The notes: generated by a model not told the origin, from the sequence alone. Counted from the stretch's first letter, positions 29,932 through 38,172 are shown. The stretch: 64,000 nucleotides of DNA from Minisyncoccota bacterium (GCA_041674925.1 JBAYUW010000003.1:2042-66041); one strand, 5' to 3'. A program made the numbers and translations.

Positions 29932-30206
29932 GCGGGCGTAGCTCAACGGTAGAGCACTCCCCTGTAGACGTGCAGCTTTCGGTCGAGAGACTGATTGAAA
30001 CTCTCTGGGATAACGGTGAAGGCTAAGTTTCATTTAGAAATATGCGAACACCGTGGGAACCCCTAGATTCGCTAGGGGGCGCCGTAGAGACTAGATACCG
30101 GAGTATCCTCATCCGAAAGGGAAGGATAAAGATATAGTCCATGCCATTACGAAAGTAATGAATTAGTGCACGGGAGAGGCCGTGGGGTCAGCACCCATCG
30201 CCCGCG
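29932..30206 (+). tRNA. tRNA-Asp(GUC) split by group I intron; exons 29932-29965 and 30169-30206
   Basis: Joined exons give CTCCC CT GT^C AC GGGAG; acceptor GCGGGCG/CGCCCGC; G73. Confidence 0.9.
29966..30168 (+). ncRNA. Group I intron, 203 nt, anticodon position 35/36
   Basis: P1 CUGU/GCAG with U.G; P4 ACGGTG/CACCGT; P7 GACTA/TAGTC in AAGATATAGTCC; P9 CATTAC-GAAA-GTAATG; terminal G. Confidence 0.9.
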
Positions 30207-30209
30207 CAA

Positions 30210-30384
30210 GAAAAAGTCGCTTTCGAGCGACTTTTTGCGTGGGTGAGGAAGTGATGTTATCACTTCCGTATGGGTGTTGACGCCGGAGCGGGACCCAAGT
30301 CAGCAGACTTGGGAGCGAGGCGTGCCCAGCAAAAATTTTGTGACGACAAAATTTTATGCGAGGGAGAGTCCATCGCCCGCGCAA
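30210..30384 (+). mobile_element. tRNA-linked hairpin-rich miniature element ending in a 15-bp duplicate of the tRNA-Asp 3' end
   Basis: CCATCGCCCGCGCAA at 30195-30209 and 30370-30384; four internal hairpins. Confidence 0.6.
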
Positions 30385-30439
30385 AATAAAGCCCTGAAAA
30401 GGGCTTTTTTGCTGGGCGAAAAAGTGGTATATTGGTGGT

Positions 30440-31006
30440 ATGAAAAAAGCATTAATCATACATGGTTGGGATGGAAATCCAGACGAACCATTGCATCAAT
30501 ATTTACGAGGTGAACTAGAAGCAGTTGGTTATAAAGTCGAGATTCCAAACATGCCAAATCCCGCTGCCCCCATCATTAAAGATTGGGTAAATAAAATGGC
30601 GAGTGTTTTTGATGAGAAAACCGATTTAATTATCGGACACAGTATTGGTTGTCAGGCGGTTTTAAGATTTATCGAAACTCTCGATTCTAGCATTTCAATT
30701 CCAAAAGTTATCTTAATCGCGCCGTGGATGAAATTAGATATGAATACAATTGAGGAAGAAGGGGAAGAGGTAATTGAGATCGCTCGACCATGGATGGAAA
30801 CGCCGATTAATTTTGAAAAGATAAAGAAAACAGTGAAAAGTGTAATCGCTATATTTTCTGACAATGATAGCTATGTGCCATTAGACCAAGAAGAGTATTT
30901 TAAAACGAAGCTGGATGCGATGACTTTCATTGAACACAATCAAGGTCATTTTACTATTTCGGATAATTTTAAAGGATTACAGACAGATTTTAAAAAACTT
31001 TTATAG
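30440..31006 (+). CDS. RBBP9/YdeN family alpha/beta hydrolase
   Basis: IIHGW, GHSIG, SDNDSYVP, GHF. Confidence 0.9.
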   Translation: MKKALIIHGWDGNPDEPLHQYLRGELEAVGYKVEIPNMPNPAAPIIKDWVNKMASVFDEKTDLIIGHSIGCQAVLRFIETLDSSISIPKVILIAPWMKLDMNTIEEEGEEVIEIARPWMETPINFEKIKKTVKSVIAIFSDNDSYVPLDQEEYFKTKLDAMTFIEHNQGHFTISDNFKGLQTDFKKLL

Positions 31007-31008
31007 AT

Positions 31009-31707
31009 ATGAAAACAATCTTAATCACCGGTGGTTCAAGTGGAATTGGAAAGGCAACAGCTTTGTTGTTTGCTAAAAATGGTGCCAATGTAGCTTTTAC
31101 ATATAAAAGTAATAAAGAGGGAGCTGAGGAAGTCGTAAAAGAGATAGAAAAATTTGGTCAGAAAGCTCTCGCTATTCAAGCTGATTTAATAAATGAAGCT
31201 GAAGCCAAGAAGGTTGTGGACGAAACTATTGAAAATTTTGGAAAGATAGATGTTCTCGTAAATAATGCTGGGCGATATATTGATGGTGATGAATGGAACG
31301 GTTTATCTGATATTTGGTTAAAATCATTACAACAAAATTTAGTTTCAGTAATGAATGTTTCTAAATATATGATCGAAGTATTTCAAAAACAAAAAAGTGG
31401 GGTGATTGTCAGTATATCGTCTAGACATGGCATTTCTGGTATGTCTGACGGATTATCTTATTCTGCAGCAAAAGCTGGAATAATTAATATTACTGAGATA
31501 TATTCAAAATTATTAAAACCTTTTGGTCGGGCAAACACCGTGTCTCCTGGTGCCGTCAGGGCAGGGTATTGGCTCACCGCGCCTAAGGAAGAGGTTGAAG
31601 CTCAGGGTAAGCTGATTGAACCAGAGATGGTTGCAGAAAAGGTGTTCTTTCTGGCTTCTGATGAGGCGAAAGATATAACTAGACAGAATTTTCAGATAAC
31701 AGCGTAA
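31009..31707 (+). CDS. SDR family oxidoreductase
   Basis: TGGSSGIG, VNNAG, YSAAK. Confidence 0.92.
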   Translation: MKTILITGGSSGIGKATALLFAKNGANVAFTYKSNKEGAEEVVKEIEKFGQKALAIQADLINEAEAKKVVDETIENFGKIDVLVNNAGRYIDGDEWNGLSDIWLKSLQQNLVSVMNVSKYMIEVFQKQKSGVIVSISSRHGISGMSDGLSYSAAKAGIINITEIYSKLLKPFGRANTVSPGAVRAGYWLTAPKEEVEAQGKLIEPEMVAEKVFFLASDEAKDITRQNFQITA

Positions 31708-31716
31708 GAAAAAAAC

Positions 31717-32769
31717 ATGGATAAATTTCCCAATATAAATAATGTCAGCGGTTCCGTTCCTTTACCCAAGGTCGAAGAACGATTAGAAATCAGTAGGAAT
31801 GCCGCTCGAGAAGATTTTAAAGATTCTGAAATTCCACCGACAGCTGAAGAGACACAAGTCATCGACGAAGTCTCTCATGGCTTGAAAATTATGCTCGAGT
31901 ATATCTATAAAATTCCTTGTAAGGAAATTTTGAAAGAAAAAATTCATATTGTCAGAGAGGGGACTCTGAGTGATAAATATGGTCGTGGACTGTACCAATC
32001 TCCATCGGGTGATATTTATTTGGAACCAATGATTAGTTGTCAGTCAAAAATTGTCTTCGCCAAAGTCCTAGCTCACGAGCTCGTTCACTATTTGTCATTC
32101 AGTTCGGTTAAAGCTAAAGAGCAAGGGGGGAGAGTTAGGACAGCTCCACATATTGATGGATTGGGAATTCTAAAATTTGAAGAGACAGGAGTCAAAGAAT
32201 ATTTTGGTATTTTGGATGAAGCAGCCACTTCATATATTAGTAATAAGTTTTTAAATTTAGAGTTGAACAGAGTGCGAAACCATCCTGAGGAAAAGGCAGT
32301 ATATACCGATGAGTGTTTGGCGGTAGATGCTGTCAGAGGGTGGCTTCACAGCTTACCTGATTCCGTCGGTTTGGATAAGACCGAATGGGACAAATACTAC
32401 ATTATTTCTATACCATTCGCCGAAGAAATCGCCGGGGTTATTCGAAGTGATATTTCTACTGAAGAGAAAATTGAATTTTATCGAAAGAAGATTGGCAGTC
32501 TTTCGCCTAAGGACAAATGGAATTATTATCTTGAGCGTACCAGAGAAATTGAAGTCGTTAATAGGGAAATACGTGAGATGTTTGCTAAAGAAGACCCCAA
32601 CCCATCTATAATCGGACAAAAAACTATGGAATTTATTGAAAAAGTAGCCATGTTGAAACTTACCGGCAGCGGTTTCTTAGATATAGTTAGATTTATTGAA
32701 CGAAGATTGGGTCGGGGTGCTTTTAAAAATTTAGCCGAAAAATTCGGCCGATTTGAGCCCAAAAAATAG
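31717..32769 (+). CDS. hypothetical protein with HExxH motif
   Basis: LAHELVH plus downstream LDEA, zincin-like. Confidence 0.7.
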   Translation: MDKFPNINNVSGSVPLPKVEERLEISRNAAREDFKDSEIPPTAEETQVIDEVSHGLKIMLEYIYKIPCKEILKEKIHIVREGTLSDKYGRGLYQSPSGDIYLEPMISCQSKIVFAKVLAHELVHYLSFSSVKAKEQGGRVRTAPHIDGLGILKFEETGVKEYFGILDEAATSYISNKFLNLELNRVRNHPEEKAVYTDECLAVDAVRGWLHSLPDSVGLDKTEWDKYYIISIPFAEEIAGVIRSDISTEEKIEFYRKKIGSLSPKDKWNYYLERTREIEVVNREIREMFAKEDPNPSIIGQKTMEFIEKVAMLKLTGSGFLDIVRFIERRLGRGAFKNLAEKFGRFEPKK

Positions 32770-32998
32770 TAGTAAAGGCATAAAAATACCCCATTACCCG
32801 AGGGCTTTGTCTACTTGTAAGAATATAGCACATATGCTATACTGCCTGTGTAAGAGAAACAGTTGTTTGAAAAGTGAATAAAGAACAGCCCTCCCGCTGA
32901 GGTTCTAAGTCCTTGGGATTTTAGCGAGGGGGAGTGCGTGATTTATCGCGCGTACGTGGTTGTCGAACCACCAATTCTCGCCCTAAACTTCATTTACC

Positions 32999-33181
32999 AT
33001 GGGAATATTTAAAGTCTTAGGACTAGTCTTAGCGATTATCATGATTCGTTACCTCTTGCCTGATATCTTTCGGGCGTTCGAGGACACTCTTCTTCTGTTC
33101 TTTGATACTCTCCAGACTCTTCTCGTCCGAGGACAGTCTGGACCAAACAGTGCCAGTGTGATCCAACTGCTCCCACACTAG
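32999..33181 (+). CDS. Small hydrophobic protein (60 aa) with structured leader
   Basis: N-terminal TM; promoter about 32816-32843; terminator about 33194-33225. Confidence 0.55.
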   Translation: MGIFKVLGLVLAIIMIRYLLPDIFRAFEDTLLLFFDTLQTLLVRGQSGPNSASVIQLLPH

Positions 33182-33264
33182 GATCACCTCACAGAACCGC
33201 CCGCCATCCCAAGCGCGCGGTTTTTGTAATTAAAGACCTTATTATTTATGTTATACTTTATAAT

Positions 33265-33534
33265 ATGAAAAATTTAACAAAAGGATTCCTGGTATTTTTA
33301 TCACAAGCAATTTTTGTGTATCTTGTCTGGGGTGTTTTTTACAATATAAACAAAGATAGTCTAATTGTTTTTGTACCAATTACTTTGGTGTGGATATTAC
33401 TATCGCTTTTATATGGTTATTTTGGCTATAAGGCATCGGTCTTGGAAAATTCAAAAATTAGTGGAGGGATTTTAGTTTTAACTAGTTTTATTACTACCGT
33501 GTTCATGATTTATGCTTGGCTATTGCAGACCTAA
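33265..33534 (+). CDS. Small membrane protein (3 TM)
   Basis: Hydrophobic 89-aa ORF, TATACT 7 nt upstream of ATG. Confidence 0.6.
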   Translation: MKNLTKGFLVFLSQAIFVYLVWGVFYNINKDSLIVFVPITLVWILLSLLYGYFGYKASVLENSKISGGILVLTSFITTVFMIYAWLLQT

Positions 33535-33601
33535 TTATAGATTATTGTAATGATTGAAAAATTATAGAAAATAAGCTATTCTAGTAAAAGGCAAAAAGTT
33601 T

Positions 33602-33858
33602 GCCATTGTAGCTCAGTTGGTAGAGCACGTCATTGGTGGGTCGTAACCCCTGCCCATTTAGGTGGTAACGCTTAGATGAATCCCGAATAACGGTTAATAT
33701 CCTAATCTGGACAAGACCGTGGCGAATCATGTTTTGTGATTTAGCCCGAACGACTGACAAGGGTTTCCAATTTGGAAAAAGATACAGTCTAGTCCTCCCG
33801 CAAGGAGAGGTGTAAACGAATGACGAGGTCATCGGTTCAATCCCGATCAATGGCTCCA
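33602..33858 (+). tRNA. tRNA-Thr(GGU) split by group I intron; exons 33602-33637 and 33819-33858
   Basis: Joined exons give CGTCA TT GGT^AA TGACG; acceptor GCCATTG/CAATGGC; encoded CCA. Confidence 0.9.
33638..33818 (+). ncRNA. Group I intron, 181 nt, position 36/37
   Basis: P1 GGU/GCC; P2 CATTTAGGTG-GTAA-CGCTTAGATG; P4 ACGGT/ACCGT; P7 GACTG/CAGTC in AAGATACAGTCT; GCAA-capped P9; terminal G. Confidence 0.88.
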
Positions 33859-34901
33859 TGTACAAACGCTTGTTAAAGCCGATTTTATTTAGGTTTAATC
33901 CAGAAAAAATTCACAATCTTTTTGTCTATGTCGGCCGATTTATGGGATCTTTTGGTCTCGGACGTTTTTTACTTTCACTATTATACGGCTATCGTGGTAA
34001 AGATATTTCCAAAACGGTGGATGGAGTTTATTACAAAACCCCCATTCTTTTATCAGCCGGCTTTGATTATGACGGACATTTGACGCAAGTGTTGCCTTCA
34101 CTTTCTTTTGGTGGGGTGGAGGTGGGTTCAGTGACGGCCAAACCTTGCGCTGGTAATCCCAAACCACGTCTGACTAGATTGCCTTTTAGTAAAAGTATTT
34201 TGGTTAATAAAGGCTTGAAAAATGATGGCGTGGACATTATTTTAACCCGCTTACAAAAAAAGAAAAAAATTAAAGATTTTGTAATTGGAATCAGTTTTGC
34301 CCGAACCAATGAAAAAGCAGCTTCGACGGTCGAGGCGGGGATTGCTGATTATGTTTACAGTTTAAAGAAAATTGTGGAAAGTAATCTTGGTGATTACTAT
34401 ACTATTAATATTTCTTGTCCTAATACTTTCAATGGCGAACCGTTTACGACGCCAGATTTATTAGAAAAACTTTTTATTGAAGTTGATAAAATACCGCGTA
34501 CGAAACCTTTATATGTAAAAATGCCCCTCAACGTGACAGATAATGTGTTTGTACAACTGCTCGGAGTTTTAAATCGCCACAACGCCCAAGGAGTGATTCT
34601 CGGCAACTTGCAAAAAGATTATACAACGATTGATAAGCGCGATTATATTCCGCAAAAATATGAAGGCGGTTTATCTGGTAAACCATGTGAAAATCGCTCC
34701 AATGAACTTATCACCTTAACCAAAAAAGAGTATGCTGATCGATTTACGGTGATTGGCTGTGGCGGAGTCTTTTCTTATGAAGACGCCAAGAAGAAATTTG
34801 ATCTCGGCGCGGATTTAATCCACATGATTACCGGGATGATTTACGAAGGCCCGGGTCTGATTAAAAGCATTTGCCAAGGTCTGGAAAGTGAAATAAGATA
34901 A
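33858..34901 (+). CDS. pyrD: Quinone-dependent (class 2) dihydroorotate dehydrogenase
   Basis: PEKIH, SAGFD, EVGSVT..GNPKPRL, INISCPN, VKM, GGLSG, GCGGV, IYEGP. Confidence 0.92.
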   Translation: MYKRLLKPILFRFNPEKIHNLFVYVGRFMGSFGLGRFLLSLLYGYRGKDISKTVDGVYYKTPILLSAGFDYDGHLTQVLPSLSFGGVEVGSVTAKPCAGNPKPRLTRLPFSKSILVNKGLKNDGVDIILTRLQKKKKIKDFVIGISFARTNEKAASTVEAGIADYVYSLKKIVESNLGDYYTINISCPNTFNGEPFTTPDLLEKLFIEVDKIPRTKPLYVKMPLNVTDNVFVQLLGVLNRHNAQGVILGNLQKDYTTIDKRDYIPQKYEGGLSGKPCENRSNELITLTKKEYADRFTVIGCGGVFSYEDAKKKFDLGADLIHMITGMIYEGPGLIKSICQGLESEIR

Positions 34902-34907
34902 GGGAGT

Positions 34908-34980
34908 GCCATCTTAGCTCAGTTGGTAGAGCGCATCTTTCGTAAAGATGAGGCCCGCAGTTCGATCCTGCGAGATGGCT
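34908..34980 (+). tRNA. tRNA-Thr(CGU)
   Basis: GCCATCT/AGATGGC, CATCT TT CGT AA AGATG, TTCGATC. Confidence 0.94.
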
Positions 34981-34981
34981 C

Positions 34982-35866
34982 ATGTTGGAGCAAAACGACA
35001 AAAAGAAAAAGTTGACGGAATTGGAAATGGAGATGAATACCGTGGATTTTTGGAGTGATAAAAATCATGCTCAAGCAGTGATCAAAGAGATTGCTGATTT
35101 GAAAGCGGAAATCGCTGGGGTGGGGAAATATGACAGTGGTGATGCGATTTTGACGATCATGGCTGGCGCGGGTGGTATTGACGCTGAGGATTTTGCGCGG
35201 ATGCTCCTTCAAATGTATTTAAAATATTTTGATAAAAAAGGTTGGGCTTATCGGACCATTCATCAAAATGAAAATGATCATGGTGGTTTTCGAAACGTGA
35301 CCGTGGAAATTTCTGGTAAGGGATCTTACGGTGCTCTTAAAAAAGAATCTGGTGTGCATCGTTTAGTGCGAACATCGCCATTTAATGCCAAAGGCTTGCG
35401 TCACACTTCTTTTGCTTTAGTGGAGTTTATTCCAAAATTTGAAAAAGCCAGCGCCTCCGATTTTATAATTCCCGAAGATGAGTTGCGTTTGGAATTTTCT
35501 CGCTCTAGTGGTCCGGGCGGGCAAAACGTGAATAAAAAAGAAACGGCAGTGCGAGTGGTCCATATTCCGACCAACTTGGCCGTTCATGCGGATGGTGAGA
35601 GGTCGCAAGCGCAAAACAAAGAGAAAGCTTTGCAGATTTTACGCGCCAAACTTTACACAAAATATGAGGAAGATCGTCGAAAAAAAGAACAAGGCCTCTA
35701 TGTCGCAAAAACTATGGAGATTGAGTGGGGGAATCAGATTCGTTCATATGTCCTTCATCCTTATAAAATGGTCAAAGATCATCGGACTGATTTTGAAACT
35801 GCTCAAGTGGATAAAGTTTTGGAGGGAGAAATTGACGAGCTATTGGATGCCGAGCGCGATCTGTAG
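34982..35866 (+). CDS. prfB: Peptide chain release factor 2, short N-terminal domain
   Basis: SPF motif (RTSPFNA), GGQ (GPGGQNVN), WGNQIRSYVLHPY. Confidence 0.94.
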   Translation: MLEQNDKKKKLTELEMEMNTVDFWSDKNHAQAVIKEIADLKAEIAGVGKYDSGDAILTIMAGAGGIDAEDFARMLLQMYLKYFDKKGWAYRTIHQNENDHGGFRNVTVEISGKGSYGALKKESGVHRLVRTSPFNAKGLRHTSFALVEFIPKFEKASASDFIIPEDELRLEFSRSSGPGGQNVNKKETAVRVVHIPTNLAVHADGERSQAQNKEKALQILRAKLYTKYEEDRRKKEQGLYVAKTMEIEWGNQIRSYVLHPYKMVKDHRTDFETAQVDKVLEGEIDELLDAERDL

Positions 35867-35881
35867 TATAATGATTGAGTA

Positions 35882-36562
35882 ATGATTTATTTTGATAAAG
35901 TATCTAAAGTATACTCTGATGATTCAGTGGCTTTGTCCGATGTTAGTTTGACTATCAAGCCTAATGAATTCGTCTCCATTGTCGGTCATTCAGGCGCCGG
36001 TAAGACGACCTTGATTAAGATGATTTTAGCCGAAGAAAAACCAACTGACGGTGAGGTCTTTTACGAGTCGGTAAATGTTCACAAATTGAAAGGAAAAGAG
36101 ATGACTGAACTGCGCCGCAAGATTGGAACGGTGTTTCAGGATTTTAGACTTTTGCCAAATAAGACAGTTTATGAAAATATTGCTTTTGCGATGGAAGCGG
36201 CGGGACGAACTGATGAAGAAATTGAAGCTGATGTGCCACACGTTTTAGAATTAGTGGATATCAGTCAAAAAATTTATAGTTTTCCGAGTGAGCTGTCGGG
36301 TGGAGAAAAACAACGAGTGGCGATTGCTAGGGCGATTGTGAATCAGCCAGAAGTAATTATTGCCGATGAGCCGACGGGAAATTTGGATCCAGCTAATGCG
36401 CATGAAATCATTCAGATTCTTAAAAAAATAAACGATTTGGGCACAACGGTGATTTTGACGACGCATAATCGTGGGGTGGTGGACAATTTAGGTAAGCGCG
36501 TGATCAGTATGCAAAATGGCAAGATTATTAGAGATGATAAAAGCGGAGGTTATGTCTTATAA
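35882..36562 (+). CDS. ftsE: Cell division ATP-binding protein FtsE
   Basis: GHSGAGKT, VFQDFRLL, LSGGEKQR, ADEPTGNLD. Confidence 0.94.
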   Translation: MIYFDKVSKVYSDDSVALSDVSLTIKPNEFVSIVGHSGAGKTTLIKMILAEEKPTDGEVFYESVNVHKLKGKEMTELRRKIGTVFQDFRLLPNKTVYENIAFAMEAAGRTDEEIEADVPHVLELVDISQKIYSFPSELSGGEKQRVAIARAIVNQPEVIIADEPTGNLDPANAHEIIQILKKINDLGTTVILTTHNRGVVDNLGKRVISMQNGKIIRDDKSGGYVL

Positions 36563-36571
36563 ATAAAAATT

Positions 36572-37495
36572 ATGTTTATTACAAAAATAAAAAGAGTTTT
36601 CCGCGCTGGTCTGACAAACTTTTGGCGTAATGGTTTTGTTTCACTTTCTTCACTTGTGGTGATGTTTATCACCTTGTTTATGATCTCTTCTTTGATTTTT
36701 ATGAGTGCGATTTTACAATTTTCTTTGAAAGAAATAAAAGATAAAGTTGATATCAACGTCTATTTCACTAGTCGCGCCAGTGAAGCCGACATCTTTAGTT
36801 TGAAAAAATCTATTGAAACGATTTCGGAAGTGGACAACGTGACTTATGTTTCCAAAGAAGAGGCGCTAGCAAATTTCAAAGAGCGTCATCAAGACGATGC
36901 CCTGACCCTCGAGGCCCTTGATGAGCTTGGTGAAAATCCTTTGACGGCGTCTTTAAGTATTAAAGCGAAAGAGCCTTCGCAATATGAATCAATTGCTAAA
37001 TTTCTAGGTGGCGCCGATGGCAGTGCTAGTACCAATCCGATTATCGAAAAGGTGAATTATTATCAAAATAAAGTGGTGATTGACAAGCTGACCAAGATTA
37101 CCAGCGCGGCCAATACTGTCGGCTTTTGGGTTGCCATTCTCTTCCTGATTATTTCTATCGTCATTACTTTCAATACTATTCGCCTCGCCATTTTTATTTC
37201 CAAAGACGAGATTTCCGTCATGCGTCTGGTTGGAGCTTCTGGTCGCTATGTCAAAGGTCCCTTCGTCGTCTCCGGTATTCTTTATGGTATTGTCTCGGCG
37301 ATTCTGGTGATCGTGGTTTTCTTTGGCCTGACTTTCTGGGTCGGCAATTTATCCAAAAACTTTTTCATCGGTCTCGACCTCTTTGATTTCTACCTCAAAA
37401 ACTTTGGTCAAATTTTCCTCATCGTCTTTGGCTCAGGTATCGCCCTCGGTGCAATCTCGAGTTATCTCGCGGTGCATAGGTATTTGAAGATATAG
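36572..37495 (+). CDS. ftsX: Cell division permease FtsX
   Basis: YVSKEEAL, ENPL, NTIRLAIF..EISVMRLVGA..GPF. Confidence 0.93.
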   Translation: MFITKIKRVFRAGLTNFWRNGFVSLSSLVVMFITLFMISSLIFMSAILQFSLKEIKDKVDINVYFTSRASEADIFSLKKSIETISEVDNVTYVSKEEALANFKERHQDDALTLEALDELGENPLTASLSIKAKEPSQYESIAKFLGGADGSASTNPIIEKVNYYQNKVVIDKLTKITSAANTVGFWVAILFLIISIVITFNTIRLAIFISKDEISVMRLVGASGRYVKGPFVVSGILYGIVSAILVIVVFFGLTFWVGNLSKNFFIGLDLFDFYLKNFGQIFLIVFGSGIALGAISSYLAVHRYLKI

Positions 37496-37571
37496 ACGGG
37501 AACCTCGGCTCAGTTATCCACAACTGAAGAGTCGCAATATTTTTGGGGTAAATGCTAGAATACTCGGCGTT

Positions 37572-37970
37572 ATGGAGAAGGATTTTGATCTCTGGAATAT
37601 TAAGAAAAAAGAAACTCAACGAATTGATGACATTGTTCTCTTTTATGAAAGGGAAGTCTGGTGGTGTATTATTGGTACAAATATTGGGGTAGAGATAGAC
37701 GGTAAGCATGAATTATTTTTACGCCCAGTGGTGGTGGTTCGAAAATTTAATAAATATATGACCCTGGTCATTCCGACCACCACTCAGGATAGAGATAATA
37801 AGTACTATTTTGCTGTCACTGGTGAGGATAATAAAGTTTATAATACTTGTCTATCCCAGATAAAATCAATTAGTTCAAAAAGACTATTTAGAAAAATTGG
37901 GACTATTAAGTACGGAGATTATCAAGCTTTATTGGAAAAGACTGCTTATATGGTCAGAGGTATATTGTAA
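37572..37970 (+). CDS. PemK/MazF-like toxin-fold protein, no protein antitoxin gene adjacent
   Basis: KDFDLWN..EREVWWCIIGTNIGVEIDGK..RPVVVVRKF..IPTTT..SQIKSISSKRL. Confidence 0.82.
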   Translation: MEKDFDLWNIKKKETQRIDDIVLFYEREVWWCIIGTNIGVEIDGKHELFLRPVVVVRKFNKYMTLVIPTTTQDRDNKYYFAVTGEDNKVYNTCLSQIKSISSKRLFRKIGTIKYGDYQALLEKTAYMVRGIL

Positions 37971-38053
37971 ACAACGAAATCCCCTTGCGGGGATTTCTCA
38001 GAGGCCGAAGCCCATAATCACTCTAAGTATAGCAAGTTGATTTCAGTTGTCAA
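37968..38053 (-). ncRNA. Predicted promoter plus ~50-nt small RNA convergent on the PemK-like gene
   Basis: TTGACA (38053-38048), 16 bp, TGC-TATACT (38031-38026); hairpin GGC-TTCG-GCC; terminator-like GAAATCCCC-GCAA-GGGGATTTC-GTTGTTT. Confidence 0.6.
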
Positions 38054-38101
38054 ACCACAAGCCCTTGAAAAAGTCTCATTTTTAACGTATCCTTGCTGTA
38101 T

Positions 38102-38172
38102 TGCCAGATCGTCTAATGGTAGGACACATCCCTCTGGAGGATGTTATCTTGGTTCGAATCCAGGTCTGGCAG
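38102..38172 (+). tRNA. tRNA-Gln(CUG)
   Basis: TGCCAGA/TCTGGCA, CATCC CT CTG GA GGATG, TTCGAAT. Confidence 0.93.

Noticed and set aside
29767-30513. Short ORFs over the tRNA-Asp intron as homing endonucleases
   Set aside because: They overlap tRNA exons, are mostly antisense and lack LAGLIDADG, HNH or GIY-YIG motifs.
33581-33865. 94-aa minus-strand ORF
   Set aside because: It is the antisense reading of tRNA-Thr plus its intron.
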